Shown in pieces: positions 1 to 7,883 of a DNA stretch of 20,630 bases; positions within the stretch are counted from its first letter, which is position 1, and every line of letters begins with the position of its first letter. The notes below the pieces were generated by a model, which was not told the DNA's origin, searched no databases, and saw only the letters and a list, made by a program, of their open reading frames with translations. The position numbers were made by a program, and so were the translations under genes. This DNA comes from Candidatus Heimdallarchaeota archaeon (lineage in GTDB: Archaea > Asgardarchaeota > Heimdallarchaeia > JABLTI01), in contig DXJV01000035.1 in assembly GCA_019056785.1 (NCBI GenBank), forward strand, positions 1 through 20,630, read 5' to 3'.

Positions 1-453
1 CAGATTCATAAGCTGGCACGAGATGTTCTCAATACCCGCGACCTCTACCTTATTGGTCGTGGTGTTGCTTACCCCATTGCCATGGAAGGGGAACTCAAAA
101 TTAAAGAGATTGCTTACCTTCATGCAGATGCTTTGGCTGGTGGTGAACTTAAACACCATACTTTGGCGTTAATTGCTCCTGGCGTTCCCTGCATTGCTCT
201 CGTTCCTAATGACGACACTAAAGATGACATGCTGAATAATATCATGCAAATTAAGGCTCGTGGGGGAATTATTATTGGTATTGCTTCCGAACCCCATCCC
301 TCCTTCGATCATTTCATTGCCATCCCCTCTTCTCCCTTAAGTCCCTTATTGATGGTTCCTGTGCTTCAGCTTCTTGCCTATCATCTTGCTGTTTTGCGTG
401 GAAATGATCCTGACTTTCCTCGTCACCTTGCTAAGTCTGTTACTGTCCTCTAA
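1..453 (+). CDS. glmS: Glutamine-fructose-6-phosphate aminotransferase, C-terminal SIS domain (5'-partial)
   Basis: Frame is open from base 1 (QIHKLARDVLNTRDLYLIGRGVAYPIAMEGELKIKEIAYLHA...GELKH...DFPRHLAKSVTVL*). Matches GlmS motifs GRG, LKxKE, ELKH and the C-terminal PRxLAKSVT. Confidence 0.93.
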   Translation, partial: QIHKLARDVLNTRDLYLIGRGVAYPIAMEGELKIKEIAYLHADALAGGELKHHTLALIAPGVPCIALVPNDDTKDDMLNNIMQIKARGGIIIGIASEPHPSFDHFIAIPSSPLSPLLMVPVLQLLAYHLAVLRGNDPDFPRHLAKSVTVL

Positions 454-454
454 C

Positions 455-478
455 CTTCTTTTTTTCTTATCCCTTTTC
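455..478 (+). terminator. T-rich tract after glmS, putative archaeal terminator
   Basis: cttctttttttcttatcccttttc directly follows the stop codon. Confidence 0.4.
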
Positions 479-572
479 CATGGGTTCTTTGTACGAAAAA
501 GATTCGCATCCTCGATGCTTAATTTTCTTTTTGATTTATTTAGATTTTATTTTATCATTTTAACGCTTTTAT

Positions 573-662
573 CAACAATAGGTTTATATATGAAAGCCGG
601 ACACAAGATTATAATATACAAGATGTAGTGGTTTGTGCCTAAAAAAACACTAGGAGTAGTAT
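573..662 (+). promoter_or_regulatory. Promoter of nrdR-nrdD: BRE/TATA plus tandem NrdR boxes
   Basis: caacaa (573-578), TTTATATA (583-590), box1 atacaagatgtagtgg (616-631), box2 acactaggagtagtat (647-662). The boxes fit the NrdR consensus acaCwAtATaTwGtgt (box2 more loosely) and are offset by 31 bp. Confidence 0.8.
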
Positions 663-713
663 ATCTCCCGAAAAGTGAGTGAAAAAACTCCATAAAAAAC
701 AGGTGAAATTTAA

Positions 714-3128
714 ATGAAATGCCCGTATTGCGGAAGCCCCAACACTCGTGTGATAGACAAAAGGCTATCAGAGGACATGAAATACAATAGGCGACGCAGA
801 GAATGTATGCAATGTAAAAAACGATTTACAACCTATGAGCGGGTTGAGGATATAAAACTAACAGTAGTAAAGAAAGACAAACGTCGGGAGCCATTCGATC
901 GAGAAAAGATCAAGCGAGGAATACAAAAGGCTTGCGAAAAACGGCCGATAAGTATCGAAGAAATCGATGAGATTGTTGACGAGATTGAGGGCGAGCTCCG
1001 GCAATATGACGAGGTTGAGATAGATTCCCAGGTTATCGGGGAACTTATTATGGAGAAACTTCGGGAGCTGGATGAAGTTGCCTATATTCGTTTTGCATCG
1101 GTCTATCGACGGTTTACAGACATTGCCTCCTTTATGAAAGAGCTTGAAAAGTTGAAAGTTGTGAAGGAAGTCAGTGTCAAAGGGCACGACTCGACTGAGC
1201 TCCTCTTGATGGTTGCCGGCGACACCCGAGAAGAAATTTCCAGCTGGGATAAATCAAAGATAACTCAAGCATTAATGCGCGAAGCGGGATTGCCAAAAGT
1301 TGAAGCTGAAATAATTGCTAATGAGGTTGAGCGTAAAATCTTTGCCTCGGGCATTCAAACCATCTCTGTGGATTTGATTCGTAGCCTAGTTGATAATGAA
1401 TTGTTTGTACGGGGATATGATACCAAGTTACAACAACAAAGGATTTTGGGTATTCCTACCTTCGACCTCAAACAATTGATACTTTCCAAGAGCAAAGAGA
1501 ACAGCAATGTTGTTGCCAACAATCCCGAAGCGGTTAATCTTGCCATTGCTGAAACTATCTTGAAGAAGTATGCACTTCAAGAGCTCTTCAGTCCTGAAGT
1601 GGCAAATGCTCATCGTAAAGGGCGCATTTATCTCCATGATCTCGGTTTCCCGGTGCGAGTCTATTGTTCCGCTCATAGTTTAGAATATATTAAGAAGTAT
1701 GGTTTGAAACTCTTGAATCTTTCAACCATTTCCCGCCCAGCAAATCATGCCGATACTCTTACGGGACATCTTAATACTTTCCTAGCATCCATGCAAGCCT
1801 ATTATGCAGGTGCGTTGGGTCTTGCTTATCTTAATATCTTTTATGCCCCCTATTTTGTTGGGGTGCCTTACAAACAGATCAAGCAAGAAGCACAAAGGTT
1901 GATTTATTCTTGTAGCCAAAATGCCTTCTCCCGTGGTGGGCAGACATTATTCGTGGACTTCAACATCCATCTTGGAATTCCCAATTATCTCCGGGACATT
2001 CCAGCCATTGGACCTGGTGGAAAGTACACCGGTAAAACCTATGCCCATTATGAAAAAGAAGCGCAGCTGTTTGCCAAGGCGCTAATGGAAGTTTGGATGG
2101 AAGGCGACGCTCAAGGAAAAGTCTTCCCCTTCCCGAAGTTTGACTTGCATGTGGATCAGACGAGCTTTGATGACCCCGAGCAGTTCAAGCTCTTACAGTA
2201 TGCTTGTAAGGTTGCTTCTGAAAATGGTTCCACTTACTTTATCTTTGACCGGGACGAGGTCAACTTGTCCATGTGTTGCAGACTAAAAACTACCATTCGA
2301 GACACCTATATGATTGAACACCCAGAAAGCATGCGCTATTGTGGTTTCCAAAACGTGAGTATTAACTTGCCACAGGCAGCTTATCGTGCTGGGAAAGGTA
2401 ATATCAATGACTGTATCAGTCAAATAAAAGAAGCAATGGACATTGCTATGGAAGCACATCTCCAAAAGAAAGCTTTTATCCACAAATTGATGACCACTGA
2501 AAACGGCACCCTCTGGCAGATAGGCAAAACCGCCGAAGACGGGCGCCCTTATGTGGATCTTGAAAAAGCGACCTATATTATTGGCGTCATCGGTCTCAAC
2601 GAATGTGTTCAATATCTTATCGATGAAGAGCTTCATGAGAGTGAAGAAGCCTACAAATTGGGTTTGCGAATCATTGCTGCCATGAATCTTAAAGCAAAAG
2701 AGTTGGAGAAAAAGTATGGCTTGAAAGTCACTCTCGAGGAAACTCCAGGAGAAAGCGCGCCATACAAATTTGCTCGCACAGACATTCGTGAATTTCCAGA
2801 GAGCATCCATTACGTAAAGGGTGACCTGGACACCGGAGCAATTTACTATTCCAACAGTGCGCACTTTGCTGCAGAAGCACCAATTGATATTATTGAACGG
2901 ATCACTAAACAAGGACGATTTAATACTTTAATTGAAAGTGGCTCTATTACCCACATCTTTATTGGTGAGCAAAAAATCGATCCTGCATCCATCCTCAATC
3001 TTGTGAAGAAGAGCTGGCTTCATACTCAAAGTGCACAAATTGTCTTCTCACCGGAATTCACGATTTGTAGAGATTGTGGAAAGGTAAGTCGGGGATATGG
3101 CAGAGCCATGAGTGAAATGGCTCAGTAA
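714..3128 (+). CDS. nrdR-nrdD: NrdR repressor fused to class III (anaerobic) ribonucleoside-triphosphate reductase catalytic subunit; lacks the C-terminal glycyl-radical loop
   Basis: aa 1-~150 are a full NrdR (MKCPYCG..TRVIDKR..RRRRECxxCKKRFTTYE, VVKKD..REPFDREK ATP-cone, LDEVAYIRFASVYRRF). A second ATP-cone follows at ~aa165-235. NrdD core motifs: AHxKGRIYLHDL, VYCSAH, RGGQTLF, FPFPK, SMCCRL, SINLP, IGVIGLNE, EETPGES, YYSNS, GSITH, ending FTICRDCG. RBS aggtga at 701-706. Confidence 0.93.
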   Translation: MKCPYCGSPNTRVIDKRLSEDMKYNRRRRECMQCKKRFTTYERVEDIKLTVVKKDKRREPFDREKIKRGIQKACEKRPISIEEIDEIVDEIEGELRQYDEVEIDSQVIGELIMEKLRELDEVAYIRFASVYRRFTDIASFMKELEKLKVVKEVSVKGHDSTELLLMVAGDTREEISSWDKSKITQALMREAGLPKVEAEIIANEVERKIFASGIQTISVDLIRSLVDNELFVRGYDTKLQQQRILGIPTFDLKQLILSKSKENSNVVANNPEAVNLAIAETILKKYALQELFSPEVANAHRKGRIYLHDLGFPVRVYCSAHSLEYIKKYGLKLLNLSTISRPANHADTLTGHLNTFLASMQAYYAGALGLAYLNIFYAPYFVGVPYKQIKQEAQRLIYSCSQNAFSRGGQTLFVDFNIHLGIPNYLRDIPAIGPGGKYTGKTYAHYEKEAQLFAKALMEVWMEGDAQGKVFPFPKFDLHVDQTSFDDPEQFKLLQYACKVASENGSTYFIFDRDEVNLSMCCRLKTTIRDTYMIEHPESMRYCGFQNVSINLPQAAYRAGKGNINDCISQIKEAMDIAMEAHLQKKAFIHKLMTTENGTLWQIGKTAEDGRPYVDLEKATYIIGVIGLNECVQYLIDEELHESEEAYKLGLRIIAAMNLKAKELEKKYGLKVTLEETPGESAPYKFARTDIREFPESIHYVKGDLDTGAIYYSNSAHFAAEAPIDIIERITKQGRFNTLIESGSITHIFIGEQKIDPASILNLVKKSWLHTQSAQIVFSPEFTICRDCGKVSRGYGRAMSEMAQ

Positions 3129-3174
3129 TTGAGTGGGAAAAAATCTAACAGAACTAATAGAGGAATAAACCAAA

Positions 3175-3417
3175 ATGGCTAAAATCGAACCCGAACCGAG
3201 AAAAATAACAGAATTAGAAACAACAATAGAAGCAAAAGAAAGTCACAACGCAGGTGATCAGCTGAAACCACGCTGTCCATACTGTGGCTCTGAAAATGTC
3301 TACGGTATGAGTAGAGTTGTGGGCTATTTCAGTATCATTGAAAATTGGAATCGCTCTAAAAAAGCCGAGTTAAAGAGAAGGCAACAAGGCAATTATTGGT
3401 TTGACAACAAGTCCTAA
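3175..3417 (+). CDS. Stand-alone NrdD C-terminal glycyl-radical/Zn-ribbon subunit
   Basis: CPYCGSENVYGMSRVVGYFSIIENWNRSKKAELKRR is the canonical NrdD C-terminus (CxxC, RxxGY with radical Gly50 at 3322-3324, WNxxKxxE). It has its own RBS gagga at 3160-3164 and an in-frame TAA at 3166-3168 upstream. Confidence 0.9.
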   Translation: MAKIEPEPRKITELETTIEAKESHNAGDQLKPRCPYCGSENVYGMSRVVGYFSIIENWNRSKKAELKRRQQGNYWFDNKS

Positions 3418-3515
3418 ATTGCCTTGTTTGTTTTTTCCCCTTCTCTTCTTCCTTTTATTTTCATTAATTCCTTCCTTATGTTGATGGCCCCTAATCCGCT
3501 GGAGTTTGTCTTTGG

Positions 3516-3605
3516 CAACAACAAATTTAAATAGTGATGTTTCCTCAAAGAATATGCCATACAAGATGTAGTGGGTAGCACTGAAAAAAACACTAGAACT
3601 GGTGG
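3516..3605 (+). promoter_or_regulatory. Promoter of redoxin-nrdG: BRE/TATA plus tandem NrdR boxes
   Basis: caacaa (3516-3521), TTTAAATA (3526-3533), box1 atacaagatgtagtgg (3559-3574, identical to 616-631), box2 acactagaactggtgg (3590-3605). Same 33-bp TATA-to-box1 and 31-bp box-to-box offsets as the first promoter. Confidence 0.8.
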
Positions 3606-3659
3606 TTACCTTCACTTATTCACTTTACTCTAAAAATATTCATGAAAAACGAGGGAAAA

Positions 3660-3926
3660 ATGATGACAACGAAATTAAAAATCTTCACAAAAAAAGATTG
3701 CCCGAATTGCCCCTTGGCAAAAAAGATTGGAAAAAAATTGGAAGGCCAGGGTGCAAATATCGAATGGTTTGATTTAGATGAGGAGATAGGTTTAACCGAA
3801 GGAGTCTACTTCGATGTAATGGCGACTCCAACATTAATCCTCACTGATGAAAACGATAATGAACTTCTTGCGTGGCGTGGAGAAGTGCCACCCATTGAAA
3901 CATTACAAAAAGAATTAAAACTGTAA
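3660..3926 (+). CDS. NrdH/glutaredoxin-like thioredoxin-fold protein (CPNC), likely RNR reductant
   Basis: KIFTKKDCPNCP...VMATPTLIL (CxxC plus the cis-Pro TP motif). RBS gaggg at 3651-3655 favours ATG 3660 or 3663 over 3642. Confidence 0.82.
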   Translation: MMTTKLKIFTKKDCPNCPLAKKIGKKLEGQGANIEWFDLDEEIGLTEGVYFDVMATPTLILTDENDNELLAWRGEVPPIETLQKELKL

Positions 3927-3942
3927 GAGATGAAATAGACGC

Positions 3943-4647
3943 TTGCCAGACCTAGAAATTAAAGGCTATAGACAATCATCATTAATTGAATGGCCGGGAT
4001 TGTTAGTTGACAGTATCTTTCTTGCGGGATGTGATTTCCGCTGCGGGTACTGCCACAATCCTGATTTAATAACTGTTGACAAAGTAGAGAGCTATGACGT
4101 CAATGAAGTATTAGCAGAAATAGATAATAGAGCTAAAACAAAATGGCTGGATGGCATTTCCATCACTGGTGGAGAGCCAACCCTCAGTAAACGCTTGCCA
4201 GAGTTTCTCAGCATCCTTAAAAAGATGGGATTAAAAACAAAAATAGATACTAATGGGCATCATCCTGCTGTAGTGAAACGATTGCTTGATGAAGGACTAC
4301 TTGACTATATTGCTATGGATGTAAAAGCCACCCCTGAGAAATATCCTTTAGCTGTGAATATAAAAGTCGACTTGAAGAAAATAAGGAAAACCATTTCTTT
4401 AATTATTAATTCCGGCATTGAACATGAGTTCCGAACGACTGTTGTTCCGACCATCGTTGAGCCTGAAATGGACATTCCTATTATCGCAGAGATGATTACA
4501 GGGGCGAAAAGATATTACTTGCAACAATTCCGACCAATACGCTGTCTTGATAAAAAATTCGAATCTTTAGAACCCTATTCCTTAACACGATTGGAAGCCG
4601 CCTGGAAGAAAGTAAAAGACAAATTTGAAGTCTGTGAGATCCGTTAG
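3943..4647 (+). CDS. nrdG: Anaerobic RNR activating enzyme (radical SAM, NrdG2-type)
   Basis: SLIEWPG, GCDFRCGYCHNP (CxxxCxxC), ITGGEPT, KIDTNG, DYIAMDVK, EFRTTVVP, LQQF; lies next to nrdD. TTG start. Confidence 0.92.
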   Translation: MPDLEIKGYRQSSLIEWPGLLVDSIFLAGCDFRCGYCHNPDLITVDKVESYDVNEVLAEIDNRAKTKWLDGISITGGEPTLSKRLPEFLSILKKMGLKTKIDTNGHHPAVVKRLLDEGLLDYIAMDVKATPEKYPLAVNIKVDLKKIRKTISLIINSGIEHEFRTTVVPTIVEPEMDIPIIAEMITGAKRYYLQQFRPIRCLDKKFESLEPYSLTRLEAAWKKVKDKFEVCEIR

Positions 4648-4761
4648 ACGCCCGTGCTTTTATAAGCTCTCAGGCTATTTTTTTTTTATAACTGGAAAAT
4701 TGTATTCTTTCGTAGCTTTTAAAAGTGGTGATAGTTGTTAGAGGTCTAAGAGGTTGAAAAC

Positions 4762-6606
4762 GTGACTAAAATTAAACAATTAAAACACAATGGCATATTA
4801 GTTGTCCGCTACGAGCCAAAGGGACTTTCAATTACAATCAAAGGTAAACCTCATAAATTGACGCCGAAGCAAGAGGAAATGGCTCTTGCTTGGGTGAGAA
4901 AACTTTCAACTCCTTATGTTGAGGACCCGGTGTTTTGCAAGAACTTTTTCGAGGATTTCAGTAAAGAGTTAGGTATTGAGGGGCTTACTGACGAAGATAT
5001 CGATTTTTCAGAAGTTATTGATTATGTTGAAAGAGAGCGCCAAAAGAAAGAAGCAATGAGCAAAGAAGAGAAGAAAGCCGCTCGGGAAGCGCGCAAGAAA
5101 AAACGCGAAGAATTGAAAGCTCATTATGGAACTGCAATCCTCGATGGACAAGAAGTTGAAATCTCGAATTGGACTGCTGAACCTAGTAGTATTTTTATGG
5201 GGCGCGGTGAACACCCCTTGCGTGGCCGTTGGAAAGAAGGACCAACTGAAAAAGACATTACGCTTAATTTAAGTCCGGATGCTCCTGTGCCTGAAGGAGA
5301 TTGGAAAGAAATTGTTTGGAATCCTGACTGTTTGTGGGTTGCCAAATGGGAGGATAAATTAACAGGAAAGACAAAATACGTTTGGCTTTCAGATAGTACA
5401 CCCATTAAACAGAACCGAGAAATCGAGAAATATGATAAGGCGCGAAAAGTTGGCGATAACCTCAAGAAAATTCGAAAAGCAATCCTCGAAGGGATAAAGT
5501 CTCCGGATAAACGAACACGCAAAGTTGCGGCAGCATGTTATATTATTGATAAAATTAACATGCGTGTCGGAGATGAGAAAGATGAAGATGAAGCTGATAC
5601 TGTTGGCGCTACGACTCTAAGACCTGAGCACATAAAAATTGATGGAAACAAGGTGACGTTCCATTTTCTTGGGAAAGATTCGGTCGAATGGCATAAAGAA
5701 GCAGTATTTCCAGATGAAGTAATTGCTGTGTTACGAGAGTTAATTGAAGAAGCTAAACAGAGCCCAGATGATAAGCCTCAAATTTTTTCAGATGTTGGGA
5801 GTAGGCATGTTAATGCTTTTCTGGGCGAAATTGTTGATGGCTTAACAGCAAAAGTCTTTCGTACATATCATGCTTCGAACGTCGTTCGACAAGCTCTTGA
5901 TGAAAGTGATGTCTCAGAGACTGACCCTGATTTTGTGAAAAAAGAGGCTGCAGTAATGGCAAACCGTGAAGCGGCAATTATCTGCAATCATATGAAACAA
6001 GAGCCAAAGAATTTTGAAAATAGATTACAGCGCTTCAGAGAACGAAAATTGAAGGCCAAGGAACGGATCGAAAAAGCCATTGCAAACCGGCAACAGAGAG
6101 AAGCCCGATTAGTGGAGTTAAAAGAAAAGTTACAGGAACGGAAAGCCCAACTTAAAGAGCAAGAATCATTGTTAGCTCAAAGAAAAGCAGACTTGCTTGA
6201 GCTCAAGAGCCTTCCCAAACCTGACTCGGCAAAGGAGCAAGCACGGTTGAAAAAAGCAATTGAACGGGCGAAAAAGAAGGTGGAAACCCAAAAGAAACGA
6301 GTGGAAAGTGCCAAGAAGAGAATTGAAACGGTGAAAGGACAAATAGACCGGGCGAAGAACAGTCTTGGTACCGCCAAAGAGCGGATCTACAAGGCCGAAC
6401 TGGCGCTTCGGAAAATTGAATCTCAAGAGCGGATTAGTAAAAAAACGAAGCGTCTTAACCTCGGGACAAGTCTGAAATCGTATATTGACCCCCGTATTTA
6501 TTACAATTGGGGAAAAGAAGTTGATTATAATTGGCGAGATTTCTATTCAAAAACCCTTCAGAAGAAATTTTCTTGGTTAGAAAGAGGAGAAAACAATAAA
6601 GAATAA
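4762..6606 (+). CDS. DNA topoisomerase IB (archaeal, eukaryote-like long form)
   Basis: LKHNG, FMGRGEHPLRGRWK, KYDKAR, RVGDEKDEDEADTVG, FLGKDS, GLTAKVFRTYHAS, ANR..AIICNH, a coiled-coil linker, and NLGTSLKSYIDPR with the catalytic Tyr at 6481-6483. GTG start after gaggttga. Confidence 0.95.
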   Translation: MTKIKQLKHNGILVVRYEPKGLSITIKGKPHKLTPKQEEMALAWVRKLSTPYVEDPVFCKNFFEDFSKELGIEGLTDEDIDFSEVIDYVERERQKKEAMSKEEKKAAREARKKKREELKAHYGTAILDGQEVEISNWTAEPSSIFMGRGEHPLRGRWKEGPTEKDITLNLSPDAPVPEGDWKEIVWNPDCLWVAKWEDKLTGKTKYVWLSDSTPIKQNREIEKYDKARKVGDNLKKIRKAILEGIKSPDKRTRKVAAACYIIDKINMRVGDEKDEDEADTVGATTLRPEHIKIDGNKVTFHFLGKDSVEWHKEAVFPDEVIAVLRELIEEAKQSPDDKPQIFSDVGSRHVNAFLGEIVDGLTAKVFRTYHASNVVRQALDESDVSETDPDFVKKEAAVMANREAAIICNHMKQEPKNFENRLQRFRERKLKAKERIEKAIANRQQREARLVELKEKLQERKAQLKEQESLLAQRKADLLELKSLPKPDSAKEQARLKKAIERAKKKVETQKKRVESAKKRIETVKGQIDRAKNSLGTAKERIYKAELALRKIESQERISKKTKRLNLGTSLKSYIDPRIYYNWGKEVDYNWRDFYSKTLQKKFSWLERGENNKE

Positions 6607-6733
6607 CCTTTTTAGCATTAAAAAAAAGTTTAAAACTAAGAAAACTACCTCAACAAGCTATCAAAAATGATCCCTCTCAAGTATTTTTTTAAGAATTGTA
6701 AGAAATAGCACGACGAAAAAGGTTGGTTATCTC

Positions 6734-7525
6734 GTGGCAGAATTGAAAATAAATCTGGAAACAAAGGAGAAAGTCATCTTTGCCCACTCTGTGGATCTTC
6801 TTGGCTGTTATGCCTATGCCGACAGTAAAAGTGCAGCCATCGATGGTATTCTTAAAGACTCAAAAGAATATTGTGAATGGTTGCAAAAGCTCGAGCTGTC
6901 TCCTGAATTGAAACTCATTATCAAAGAATTGTTAAAAGGCATAACTGATGTTAATATCATTGAAGAGGTAAAAATGCTCCCGGAAAGCAGCAACATTCAG
7001 GAGCATTCAACATTATTTAATTCAGAGCGTGAAGAGCTTTCTCAGGAAACATTTGAAACTTATTTATCGATTATTAACAAATTGCCTGAAGAATTGATGC
7101 GTATCATTTTTCAATTAACCAATGAAGAGCTGGAACGTAAGGGGTTAGAGGAGCAAGAGTCCATTAAAGATGAATTGAAGGCCCTTTATCAAACTGAAAT
7201 CGATTTGATGAAGAAATTTGGCGAAGAAGTAGAGCGAAAGTTTTATGAGATAATTAACTTAACACGAGATGAACTCGAATCGCTTTCAATTCTCGAACGT
7301 GTGGTAAAAGTTCGACAGGGAGCAATTGCTCTCCTACGTCAATATTTCTCCCAACTTCAACAAGAAGTTAGAATAAGTCCTGAAGGAGAAGCGAATGTCC
7401 CTGGTGAAGAATGGTCCTTAAAGAAGATCTTGCGAATCTTCATTGAACATGAACGGGAGAAAATCAAGAAAATTGCTGAGCTGGTCGACTCATTAGAACG
7501 ATCAAACGAACAACTAACAGCTTAA
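6734..7525 (+). CDS. Hypothetical protein, HicB-like N-terminus and DinB-like C-terminus
   Basis: The N-terminal AHSVDLLGCYAYADSKSAAI resembles the HicB beta-beta-alpha motif. The C-terminal GEEWSLKKILRIFIEHERE resembles the last helix of DinB/YfiT proteins. Confidence 0.5.
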   Translation: MAELKINLETKEKVIFAHSVDLLGCYAYADSKSAAIDGILKDSKEYCEWLQKLELSPELKLIIKELLKGITDVNIIEEVKMLPESSNIQEHSTLFNSEREELSQETFETYLSIINKLPEELMRIIFQLTNEELERKGLEEQESIKDELKALYQTEIDLMKKFGEEVERKFYEIINLTRDELESLSILERVVKVRQGAIALLRQYFSQLQQEVRISPEGEANVPGEEWSLKKILRIFIEHEREKIKKIAELVDSLERSNEQLTA

Positions 7526-7743
7526 AAATGGGCAAGCTCTTTTTCTGTTTTTGAAAATTGGTCAGAAAGTCCCAATAAGCAATTAATAACTGACCAACGC
7601 TCTTTCATCTATGTTAAGCTTACCACAAGAAGACCTTTTCCATCTGAATCAAAAAAGTGAAGAAGCAATGTTCAGGTTATCATTTACTCTCAATTATAAA
7701 TGATAACAATTTCTCACAGCTCCAACTAAGGAAAATCTCAAAC

Positions 7744-7778
7744 CGGAGGAGAGTTATTATTCTCCTCCGCTTATTTTT
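7744..7778 (+). terminator. GC-rich hairpin followed by T-tract
   Basis: cggaggaga (7744-7752) and tctcctccg (7761-7769) form a perfect 9-bp stem, followed by cttattttt. Confidence 0.5.
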
Positions 7779-7883
7779 GCCCCTTAAAAACCGACAAATT
7801 ATTGCTAAGAAAAAAATATAAGTCTTTGAACCAAGTTAGACTCGACATATAATTAACCAAATTTGTAAAGAGGCTTTAAATAG

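Noticed and set aside
601-616. Third NrdR box (acacaagattataata) or a bacterial -10 TATAAT at 610-615
   Set aside because: Only the left half-site matches, there is no -35 element, and neither feature is repeated in the second promoter, whereas the TATA/BRE is.
374-628. 84-aa hydrophobic ORF
   Set aside because: It overlaps glmS, the terminator and the promoter; its hydrophobicity comes from T-rich intergenic DNA.
858-2912. Antisense ORFs inside nrdR-nrdD (and similar ones inside topo IB, plsY, pyrC, CBS and malic enzyme genes)
   Set aside because: Shadow ORFs opposite well-supported genes, with no recognisable motifs.
3100-3180. Programmed or sequencing frameshift joining nrdD to the 80-aa ORF
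   Set aside because: The downstream frame has a TAA at 3166-3168 and its own RBS. Joining would also place ~60 aa between CxxC pairs that are normally close together.
714-3297. Identical CPYCGS in the NrdR N-terminus and the small subunit, suggesting circular permutation
   Set aside because: CPxCGS is a generic Zn-knuckle, and the NrdR copy already has its partner CMQC.
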